Shown: positions 47,610 to 54,993 of the stretch, piece by piece
Numbering within the stretch: position 1 is the first letter of the stretch
How the letters are laid out: every line of letters begins with the position of its first letter
Assembly: GCA_020638635.1 (NCBI GenBank)
Contig: JACKIE010000003.1
Location: forward strand, 68,362 to 132,361
Direction: 5' to 3'
Length of the DNA: 64,000 bases
From: Planctomycetota bacterium
GTDB taxonomy: Bacteria > Planctomycetota > UBA8742 > UBA2392
The notes under the pieces: generated by a model
Seen by the model: only the letters and a program-made list of their open reading frames with translations
What the model was told of the DNA's origin: nothing
Database searches by the model: none
Program-made: the position numbers and the translations under genes

Positions 47610-48896
47610 ATGTCCACTGCGGTTGCCGCCGACCTCCTGAGCGAAGTTACCGAAACGAAGAGCCCTGACGTAAAGCACCTGCTGGAACTGCGCGAGCAGT
47701 TGCTGGCTGAGCCCGGCCTGCGCAGACAGGTTGATGCGGCGCTTGACAACTGGACCGCTACCCGCGAGCGCCAGGGTGTGCTGCTTTACCTGTTGGGGCG
47801 CCTTGAGCGCTCGCTGAATGTTCTGGAAACCGAGGCCTCCTCCGCCTGGGCCAGGCACTTTCTGGCCCGCGCGTTGGTTGACTGCGGCCACTACGCACGC
47901 GGCGAAGAAATGCTTGCCGCGGAGTTCAAGTCGAACAAGGAACTCGAGGTGCTGGTGCCCCTGTACCGCGCCCAGTTGATGCAAGGCAAGTACAGCGACG
48001 CCGAAAAGACACTGAAGGGGTTCAAGGGCGAGCATCCGACCATCAAGGCGTTCCTGGTTGAGTTGAAGTATCGCAACGGCGATCTGGAAGGCGCGATGGA
48101 CGACATCGTCGCGCTCTACAACGAGGCGCCGACTGACCGCCAGGTGGCTTTTGTGTATGCGCAGATCGCCCAGGCTGCCGGCGACGACGAAGCCGCGCGC
48201 CGGGCGTATGAACAGATCGCGCAGCACCCGCCCGTGGCCGTGGACGTGCTGATCAACCTCGGCACGCTATACGAAGACGAAGCGCACTGGGACCTGGCGA
48301 TCAAGTGCTACGAGACGGTGCTTGCCGCGTATCCGACCCACGCCCGGGCGCGCCTGTACAAGCGCGACGCCGAGTCCAGCAAGAACATGTTCTACGATGA
48401 GGATCGCGAACGCAAGGAAGACAAGCGCCTGCAGATCCTTCGCACGCCGGTTACGGACTTCGAGTTGTCGGTGCGCTCACGCAACTGCCTGCAGAAGATG
48501 AAGATCGACACCTTGGGCGACCTGATCCTGAAGACGGAGTCGGAGCTGCTCAGCTACAAGAACTTCGGCGAGACCAGCCTGCAGGAAATCAAGGCCATTC
48601 TCGGCAGCAAGGGCCTGCGCCTGGGCATGCGTACCGAAGAAGCGCTGGCATACGCGCCGCCGGAAGAGGGCGCTGCGCCTGTGGTCAGCGCCGGCGACCA
48701 GCTCGCGCAGTCGATAGACTCGCTCGAGCTTTCCGTGCGCTCGCGCCGCTGCATGGAGCGACTGGGTATCAAGACCATCGGGGAACTTGTCGAAAACTCA
48801 GAGGCGGAGCTCATGGCCGCACCGAACTTCGGACAGACCTCGCTCAACGAGGTGCGCCAGAAACTGGCCGAGCTTGGACTGGCACTCAAGGAGTAG
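47610..48896 (+). CDS. TPR-repeat protein with two C-terminal RNA polymerase alpha-subunit CTD-like domains
   Basis: LRTPVTDFELSVRSRNCLQKMKIDTLGDLILKTESELLSYKNFGETSLQEIKAILGSKGLRLGM and IDSLELSVRSRRCMERLGIKTIGELVENSEAELMAAPNFGQTSLNEVRQKLAELGL both closely follow the RpoA alpha-CTD helix-hairpin-helix pattern. Confidence 0.8.
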   Translation: MSTAVAADLLSEVTETKSPDVKHLLELREQLLAEPGLRRQVDAALDNWTATRERQGVLLYLLGRLERSLNVLETEASSAWARHFLARALVDCGHYARGEEMLAAEFKSNKELEVLVPLYRAQLMQGKYSDAEKTLKGFKGEHPTIKAFLVELKYRNGDLEGAMDDIVALYNEAPTDRQVAFVYAQIAQAAGDDEAARRAYEQIAQHPPVAVDVLINLGTLYEDEAHWDLAIKCYETVLAAYPTHARARLYKRDAESSKNMFYDEDRERKEDKRLQILRTPVTDFELSVRSRNCLQKMKIDTLGDLILKTESELLSYKNFGETSLQEIKAILGSKGLRLGMRTEEALAYAPPEEGAAPVVSAGDQLAQSIDSLELSVRSRRCMERLGIKTIGELVENSEAELMAAPNFGQTSLNEVRQKLAELGLALKE

Positions 48897-48950
48897 CCGG
48901 GGCCGGGAGCACATCCCGCACCCCTCAGGTCGAAGAAACACGGAGCTGCA

Positions 48951-50252
48951 ATGTCGGATGCCACGGGCACTGTAACCGACCCGCTCGAGTTTCGGGAAGG
49001 TCGCGGCGCCCTGGACTTCGGCGTGCTGGCCGTGCGCAACGGCCTGCTGACCGCCGAACAGCTTGACCAGTGCCGTGCCAAGCAGGCCGCCAGCGCCAAC
49101 CTGGGCGAAAACCGCACACTCAAGGACATCATCCTCGCCGACCGCCTGATGACGGAAGAGGAGTGCCAGCGCGTCGAGCGCGCCCAGCAGCAGCTGACCC
49201 AGGACCGCGAGCGCAAGCAGGACCTCAAATTCAAGGGCTACGAGATCATCAGCACCCTGGGCGAAGGCGGCCTGGGCAGCGTGTTCAAGGCCCGCCAGGT
49301 CAGCATGAACCGGCTGGTCGCCTTCAAGGTGCTGCACAACCAGTGGATCAGCGACGACGAGTTCCGCAAACGCTTCGTGCTTGAGGCGCGCATCGTCGGC
49401 AAGCTCAGCCACCAGAACCTGATCCAGGTTTACGACGTCGGCCGCGAGGGCGATTACTACTACTTCAGCATGGAGTTCGTGGACGGCCGCACCGTCGAGG
49501 ACCTGATCCGCGAGGCGCCGCGCCGCCAGATGGAAGTGGGCCGCGCGGTGGACATCTGCATCCAGACGCTGCGGGCGATCAACTACTACAAGGACTTCGA
49601 CATCGTCCACCGCGACATCAAGCCAAGCAACATCATGATCACGCGCTCGGGCCTGGTGAAGCTGGGCGACTTCGGCTTCGTGAAGAGCAAGCTGGACAAG
49701 GAGCTCGGCTACGAGGGCATGGTGCTGGGCACGCCGGACTACATCGCGCCCGAGCAGGCCATGGGCAAGGACGACGTGGACTACCGCGCCGACATTTACA
49801 GCCTGGGCGCCACGCTGTATCACATGCTCACCGGCCGTCCGATGTACGACGGTACGCCCAGCAAGGTGATGCTGGCGCACACGCGCACGCCGATGCCGGA
49901 CCCACGCACCTACCGGCCCAGCCTTTCGGACGACGTGGTGAACGTGCTGATGCGCATGCTGGAGAAAGACCCGAACCAGCGCTACGCCAACATCACCAGC
50001 CTGTTCGCGGACCTGGAGGCGCTGCGCGACGCGCACACGGCCAAGGCGGCCACCAAGTACGAGATCGGCAAGAGCAGCATCATGCGCGCGCTGAACATCG
50101 AGAAGAGCCGCCACAACGAAATGGCGGAGAAGATCAAAGCAGCCGAGGCCAAGGCCGAAGCAGCCTCAGCCGCCGCCAAGATAGCCTGGGGCGTGGCAGC
50201 CGGCGCCTGCATTGCCGCGATCACCTTCCTGGTCCTGTGGCTGGCGACGTAG
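48951..50252 (+). CDS. Ser/Thr protein kinase with a C-terminal TM anchor
   Basis: GEGGLGSVFKA, VAFKVL, HRDIKPSNIMI, GDFGF, APEQ. C-terminal TM segment AWGVAAGACIAAITFLVLWL. Confidence 0.85.
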   Translation: MSDATGTVTDPLEFREGRGALDFGVLAVRNGLLTAEQLDQCRAKQAASANLGENRTLKDIILADRLMTEEECQRVERAQQQLTQDRERKQDLKFKGYEIISTLGEGGLGSVFKARQVSMNRLVAFKVLHNQWISDDEFRKRFVLEARIVGKLSHQNLIQVYDVGREGDYYYFSMEFVDGRTVEDLIREAPRRQMEVGRAVDICIQTLRAINYYKDFDIVHRDIKPSNIMITRSGLVKLGDFGFVKSKLDKELGYEGMVLGTPDYIAPEQAMGKDDVDYRADIYSLGATLYHMLTGRPMYDGTPSKVMLAHTRTPMPDPRTYRPSLSDDVVNVLMRMLEKDPNQRYANITSLFADLEALRDAHTAKAATKYEIGKSSIMRALNIEKSRHNEMAEKIKAAEAKAEAASAAAKIAWGVAAGACIAAITFLVLWLAT

Positions 50253-50300
50253 GGGCGGACCCGTGTGGCCGCTCGGGACGCCACATGGGGCGGCCCCTAC
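50249..50300. terminator. Two inverted REP-like units forming a 52-nt palindrome that contains both convergent TAG stop codons
   Basis: GTAGGGGCGGACCCGTGTGGC...GCCACATGGGGCGGCCCCTAC, with arms matching 18/21. The kinase TAG is at 50250-52 and the aroA TAG (CTA on the plus strand) at 50297-99. Confidence 0.65.
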
Positions 50301-51652
50301 AGCCGTTCCCAGTACTCCCAAAAGCTCGGGAAGCTCTTGGACACACACTCCGGGTTTTCGATTTCCAGCGGCACATGCAGACCGGCGATGGCGAAACTCA
50401 TGGCCATGCGGTGGTCGTCGTAGGTTCGAATGCTCACCCGTCTACTCCTTGGGGAAGCAGTGCTTCCCCTGCGGTTCGTCTGCTTCGCAGACTGATCCGG
50501 GCTCCTGTTCCCCGTACCGTCCACTTCCAGCCAGTCGTCACCCGCTCGTGTTTCGACACCCAGCTTCTTCAACTCTGCCTGCAGGGCGGCAATGCGGTCG
50601 GTTTCCTTGACGCGTAAAGTCGCCAGACCGGTCAGGCGCGACGTTCCCTCTGCGAAGGCGCAGACCACCGCCAGTGTCTGGGCGCAATCGGGCAGGGTGG
50701 ACAGGTCGGCGTCAATCGCCTGCAGTGGGTGGCCGCGTGGGGCCGCCCCTACGCCCAGCCCGTTTGGAAACTCCAGAATCTCGCAGCCCATCTGACCCAG
50801 CAGCTCGACGAACTTCACGTCGCCCTGCACGTCTAGACGGGTCAAGCCATCAATCACGCACCTGCCACCCGTCACAGCTGCAGCACCCCAGAAGTAACTC
50901 GCTGCCGTGCCGTCCGGCGGGCAGGTGTACGTGGCGCGGCCTGCCAGGCCGCGGCTTTTCGCCTCCAGCGCATGAAAGCGCCGGTAGCCATCACGCTCGA
51001 CCTCGAAGCCGAACGCGTGCATCACCTCTATGGTGATGTCCGCGTAGGGCTTACTGGCCAGCTCGCCCTCGATTTCAATTTCAACCCCGCCCGCGCGCGT
51101 GGGCCCCACCATCAGCAGCGCCGACAGGAACTGGCTGCTGACATCGCCACGCAGCCGGCACTTGCCTCCGCGCAGGGACGCGCCCTCGATCTCCAGCGGC
51201 ACGCAACCCGGTTTGCCCTTCTCGGAAATCTTCGCGCCGAGTTGCCGCAGGGCCGCAATCAGCTCCCCCATCGGCCGTTCGCGCATGCGCTCATTGCCGT
51301 CCAGCAGGAACTGGCCCGGCAACACGGTCAGCAGCGCGGCCGTGAACCGCGTGACGGTGCCGGCCGGCCCGGTGTAGATCTGCACGCGGTAGGGAGAAGG
51401 CGGCAGGCCGGGCTGGGGCGCGACAGTGACTTCCTTCGAAAGCGGATTGGGGCGCCGAACAGACAGGCCGAGATTGGCCAGAACGTTCAGCATCAGGCCG
51501 GTGTCATCCGCAGGCGAGAGGTTCTGGATGGTGCAGGGCACGCCCGAAATCGCCGCACAGACCAGCGCCCGGTTGGAAAACGACTTGGAGCCCGGCAACT
51601 CCAGCCGGACGTCGAAGGGTTTGGATACCGGTGTGATAAGGCGGAGGGTCAT
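50297..51652 (-). CDS. aroA: 3-phosphoshikimate 1-carboxyvinyltransferase (EPSP synthase)
   Basis: LPGSKSFSNRAL, RERPMGELI, RVKETDRIAA, DDHRMAMSFAIAGL. Trimmed to ATG 51652. Confidence 0.9.
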   Translation of the reverse strand: MTLRLITPVSKPFDVRLELPGSKSFSNRALVCAAISGVPCTIQNLSPADDTGLMLNVLANLGLSVRRPNPLSKEVTVAPQPGLPPSPYRVQIYTGPAGTVTRFTAALLTVLPGQFLLDGNERMRERPMGELIAALRQLGAKISEKGKPGCVPLEIEGASLRGGKCRLRGDVSSQFLSALLMVGPTRAGGVEIEIEGELASKPYADITIEVMHAFGFEVERDGYRRFHALEAKSRGLAGRATYTCPPDGTAASYFWGAAAVTGGRCVIDGLTRLDVQGDVKFVELLGQMGCEILEFPNGLGVGAAPRGHPLQAIDADLSTLPDCAQTLAVVCAFAEGTSRLTGLATLRVKETDRIAALQAELKKLGVETRAGDDWLEVDGTGNRSPDQSAKQTNRRGSTASPRSRRVSIRTYDDHRMAMSFAIAGLHVPLEIENPECVSKSFPSFWEYWERL

Positions 51653-51656
51653 TGCG

Positions 51657-51896
51657 TCACGCCAGTTTGACGCTGCGAACCTTCCCGCTGTTTTCGTCTT
51701 CAAGGACGAGCTTGCCATGGTCCTTGCTGAAAAGCTGGCGCTTGGCGTCCAGAAGTTCGATCCCGTACACGGTGCCGTCTGGTGCAATATCGATGTTCAG
51801 GTCTTCTGAAACGCTGATCGTCTCCACATCGCGCGACTTGCGATCATGGAGCCGGATGTAGGCAACGTTCAACTCTGCGTCGTAACTCAGTTTCAT
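51657..51896 (-). CDS. DUF2283-family small protein (antitoxin-like)
   Basis: MKLSYDAELNVAYIRL...NIDIAPDGTVYGIELLDA matches the DUF2283 pattern. Confidence 0.7.
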   Translation of the reverse strand: MKLSYDAELNVAYIRLHDRKSRDVETISVSEDLNIDIAPDGTVYGIELLDAKRQLFSKDHGKLVLEDENSGKVRSVKLA

Positions 51897-51903
51897 GGCA
51901 ACC

Positions 51904-52155
51904 TCAGAAGTAGTTTACCAGCACAGTCACTACCCGCCAGCCGCCATCGATCCGTACAGCCAGCAGTTCGACTCGCTTGTTACGGATCTTCCGCCCCCGG
52001 AACGTCGCCTTGTTGGGGAACACACGTCTGAAGCGGGTTCTGCCTTGCCCGACCTTGCGTTTCGAGCCGCCATCAATGCAAAGCTCCACTTCCCGGCGCG
52101 AAACCTTTCGCTCCTGCATGCGCTCTTTCGCGTGGCGAGAGAACTCGAGCTTCAC
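51904..52155 (-). CDS. DUF4258-family small protein (toxin-like)
   Basis: FSRHAKERMQERKVSRREVELCIDGG matches the DUF4258 pattern. GTG 52155 overlaps the desulfurase TGA (GTGA). Confidence 0.65.
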   Translation of the reverse strand: MKLEFSRHAKERMQERKVSRREVELCIDGGSKRKVGQGRTRFRRVFPNKATFRGRKIRNKRVELLAVRIDGGWRVVTVLVNYF

Positions 52156-53336
52156 CCCAGCCCTCGCAGGTGCTTGTAGTTGGCAACGCACAGGTCGGCG
52201 AGACGGTTGGCTTGCTCGGCCGTGATGTCGGGGCCGAACGAAATCCTTATGCAGCCGATTGCGTCCTCCCAGCTCAAACCCATGGCCGCCAGCACGTGGC
52301 TGGGGTCGGTTTCGCCAGGCGCGCAGGCGCTGCCGAGGCCGACACAGTAGCCCTGCTCGCCGAGCTCGATCGCGAGCGCCTGGCCCTCGATCTCGAGAAA
52401 ACTAATGTTGCTGATGTTCGGCAGTCTCGGCGCTCCCCGGCCGTTGATGCGCACGTGCTTGCCCAGGCCCTCGAGGATGCGGGCTTCCATGGCGTCGCGG
52501 ACGGCGGCAACGCGCGGCCAGGTTTTTTCGCGCTGGGCCTCGGCCAGCTCCATGGCCTTCACCATGCCCGCCATGCCGGGCAGGTCCTCGGTGCCGGCGC
52601 GGAAGCCCCATTCCTGGGGGCCGCCCACGATCAGCGGCGCGATGCGGTTGGTCATGTCGTTGTAGAGCAGGCCAATGCCCTTGGGGCCGCCGAACTTGGC
52701 ACTTGCCAGCGTCATCAGGTCGGCGCCGAACTGTTTGGGCCGCAGCTGCACTTTGCCGTAGGCCTGCACTGCGTCGCAGTGGAATTTCGCGCCGGCCGCA
52801 TGGGCGATTTTCGCTACCTCGGCCACGGGCTGGATCACGCCGGTTTCGTTGTTGGCATACATCACGCTGACCAGCGCTGTCTTGTCCCTCACCAACTTGC
52901 GCAGCTCGGCCAGGTCCAGCACGCCGTCGGTGTTTACGGGCGCGTAGTGGACGCGTACGCCTTCGCGCTCAAGGCGCTCGGCCTCCAGCAGCACGGCGTG
53001 GTGCTCGATCTTGCTGACTACCAGCTCGCGCCGCTCAGATCCCGCCTGGGCCAACATGCCGCGCAGAGCCAGCGCGTCGCCCTCGGTGCCGCCGCTGGTG
53101 AAGATGACTTCTCGCGGGTCGGCGCCGATGCAGGCGCCCGCGCGCTTGTGCAGATCCTCGAGGTGGCGCTTGGCGATGTAGGCCAGGGGGTGGTGCGCGC
53201 CCGGGTTGCTGTACTGCTCGAGCGCGTACTTCTCGATCTCGGCCAGAGCCTCGCGGCGGCAAGGCGAGCCGGCGGCGTAATCGCAGTAGACGTACTGCTT
53301 GGTTGTCGGTTGTCGGTTGTCAGTTGTCGGCATCAT
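52152..53336 (-). CDS. Cysteine desulfurase (NifS/IscS-like class V aminotransferase)
   Basis: DYAAGSP, GGTEGDALA, SAKFGGPKGIG (PLP lysine region), GSACAPGE (catalytic Cys loop). The first 11 codons are encoded by the heptamer array. Confidence 0.9.
   Translation of the reverse strand: MMPTTDNRQPTTKQYVYCDYAAGSPCRREALAEIEKYALEQYSNPGAHHPLAYIAKRHLEDLHKRAGACIGADPREVIFTSGGTEGDALALRGMLAQAGSERRELVVSKIEHHAVLLEAERLEREGVRVHYAPVNTDGVLDLAELRKLVRDKTALVSVMYANNETGVIQPVAEVAKIAHAAGAKFHCDAVQAYGKVQLRPKQFGADLMTLASAKFGGPKGIGLLYNDMTNRIAPLIVGGPQEWGFRAGTEDLPGMAGMVKAMELAEAQREKTWPRVAAVRDAMEARILEGLGKHVRINGRGAPRLPNISNISFLEIEGQALAIELGEQGYCVGLGSACAPGETDPSHVLAAMGLSWEDAIGCIRISFGPDITAEQANRLADLCVANYKHLRGLG
53301..53328. repeat. 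Tandem heptamer array (GGTTGTC)3 + AGTTGTC; left arm flanking the four-helix-bundle gene
   Basis: Read directly from the sequence. It is the reverse complement of the array at 53727-53747. Confidence 0.9.
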
Positions 53337-53716
53337 GCCTTCTTCGATCTATCGCGGAGTGAGCGCTTCAGTCCGTTCAGGAGGCGACCTGTCTCGTCCA
53401 ATATCAAGAGTACTGATGCAACTTGTTCTGCGTTGGAATACTTACGGCGCTCTCCAATGAGCAGCTGAGTCCGCACCTCCATTAGTGAACCGTACGCAAT
53501 CGCAAGGAATCGGCCGAAGTCACCTTCATTCTTTCTTCCTTGGCCTTCGGCGATGTTGCTGGGCACTGAGACCGCCGCGCGCCTCACCTGGTTTGTCAGG
53601 CCATATTGTTCCGCTTTTGGCCACGATTCAGTCAGCGTGTAAACCTGATCAACCAGATCCATGGCACGTTGCCACGCGTGAAGGTCTTCAAATCCGTATG
53701 TCTGCGACTTTGTCAT
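53333..53716 (-). CDS. Four-helix-bundle protein (23S rRNA intervening-sequence protein family, PF05635/TIGR02436-like)
   Basis: FEDLHAWQRAMDLVDQVYTLTESWPKAEQYGLTNQVRRAAVSVPSNIAEGQGRKNEGDFGRFLAIAYGSLMEVRTQL is the family signature. I used ATG 53716. Confidence 0.85.
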   Translation of the reverse strand: MTKSQTYGFEDLHAWQRAMDLVDQVYTLTESWPKAEQYGLTNQVRRAAVSVPSNIAEGQGRKNEGDFGRFLAIAYGSLMEVRTQLLIGERRKYSNAEQVASVLLILDETGRLLNGLKRSLRDRSKKA

Positions 53717-53726
53717 CCTCTTTACC

Positions 53727-53747
53727 GACAACTGACAACTGACAACT
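53727..53747. repeat. Tandem heptamer array (GACAACT)3; right arm flanking the four-helix-bundle gene
   Basis: Read directly from the sequence. The last unit runs into the CTA (TAG) stop of the ferredoxin gene at 53746-53748. Confidence 0.9.
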
Positions 53748-54414
53748 AGCCTCTCCGGGGGCGCGGCAGCACCACGATGCTGGGCGGCTTCGTCGGGCAC
53801 GCCTGCACGCACAGGCCGCAGCCGGTGCAGATGCGCGAATCGACTTTCGGCATGGTCGCATCAAAGTCAATGGCGTTGGGATCGAGCGGGCAGGCCTCAT
53901 GGCAGGCGCGGCAGGCTTTGCCGAGATAGCCGAGGCAGGTCTCGGGCTCGACCACCGCGATGCCGATGCGGATCTCCCCCACCGGCGTTTTCTGCAACGC
54001 GCCGGTCGGGCAGACCTCCATGCAGTCACCGCACAGGGTGCAGGGGCCGTGGTTGGGGCGCAAGATCGGCGTGCCCTCGGTGCCGCCGTCCTTGCCGTTG
54101 CTACGGATGATCACCTTCTCAGGGCAGGCCTCGACGCACTTGCTGCACTTGCTGCATACGTCGTTGAAGCGGTCCTCGTGGATCGCGCCCGGCGGCCGAA
54201 AGAACTTGCGGCCGTGCATGTCGGTGAAGTCGCGTGGCAGGGCGGCGTGCTTGGAGACGCCGCCTTCGTAGAGTGTTTTGAACAGGTCCGGGTCCCAGTT
54301 CTGCACGATGCGCGAGCCGGGCACCAGGCGGGTGGCGGTCTTCACGGCGTCGCCGGCCAGGCGGCGCAGCGCCTCGCGTTTTTCAGGGTTCTCGGGTTTG
54401 TCCTGCTCGGCCAT
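53746..54414 (-). CDS. 4Fe-4S ferredoxin-type protein with four cluster motifs (NapG/MauM-like)
   Basis: CSKCSKCVEACP, CTLCGDCMEVCP, CRACHEACP, CTGCGLCVQACP. Confidence 0.8.
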   Translation of the reverse strand: MAEQDKPENPEKREALRRLAGDAVKTATRLVPGSRIVQNWDPDLFKTLYEGGVSKHAALPRDFTDMHGRKFFRPPGAIHEDRFNDVCSKCSKCVEACPEKVIIRSNGKDGGTEGTPILRPNHGPCTLCGDCMEVCPTGALQKTPVGEIRIGIAVVEPETCLGYLGKACRACHEACPLDPNAIDFDATMPKVDSRICTGCGLCVQACPTKPPSIVVLPRPRRG

Positions 54415-54462
54415 GTGTCCAGATTACAGGCCTGCGCAAGAATCCAAAGGGCCGGAAACAGA

Positions 54463-54483
54463 ACCGCGCCCCAAGGGCGCGGT
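54463..54483 (-). terminator. Hairpin after the small ORF
   Basis: ACCGCGCCC-caa-GGGCGCGGT. On the minus strand it is followed by TCTGTTTCC. Confidence 0.5.
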
Positions 54484-54484
54484 G

Positions 54485-54625
54485 TCAGGCAGACTTGCGG
54501 CGTTTCTTGCCCGCACCACCCTTGCCCTTCGTAACACGGAAGAGGTCTGCCGGCTTCAACTCAACGCGCTTGCCATCCACGATGGTCCAATGGCGGGCGA
54601 TTCCGACTTTCTTCTTTTCCGCCAT
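54485..54625 (-). CDS. Possible 46-aa basic small protein, start overlapping the upstream stop (ATGA)
   Basis: My own translation gives MAEKKKVGIARHWTIVDGKRVELKPADLFRVTKGKGGAGKKRRKSA. It is not in the ORF track because it is under 60 aa. Confidence 0.3.
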   Translation of the reverse strand: MAEKKKVGIARHWTIVDGKRVELKPADLFRVTKGKGGAGKKRRKSA

Positions 54626-54990
54626 CACATCTCTCCGAAAAACACCATCCGCTGGTGCAACTCAGTTCCGTCTTCCGTCACTACAACCAGATTGTAGCCG
54701 CCGGGAAGCAGCCCTGCCAGCTTCAGCGGCAGCTCTACGACGCTTTCGCTGCGCCCTGAGGCATGCGCGAGAACCTCGAAGTCCTCTGTCTCGAACTCCA
54801 GATCCTGGGCCTGGGCTTGCAGGCGAAGCCGAAACCGGAACGGCTCTTCGTGGCGCCATTCGATGTAGACGGCCATTGTCTCAGGCAGAAACGCAATGGA
54901 CCGGAACACATCGTGAAGTGAGTAGCGGGTAAACTGCCCCACTTCAAGGCAGGTGATCAGACCGTCAATGTCCGGCAACCTTCCAGCCAT
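54625..54990 (-). CDS. Hypothetical protein (121 aa)
   Basis: Coding-like ORF starting 3 nt after the upstream stop. I recognised no family. Confidence 0.45.
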   Translation of the reverse strand: MAGRLPDIDGLITCLEVGQFTRYSLHDVFRSIAFLPETMAVYIEWRHEEPFRFRLRLQAQAQDLEFETEDFEVLAHASGRSESVVELPLKLAGLLPGGYNLVVVTEDGTELHQRMVFFGEM

Positions 54991-54993
54991 GGG

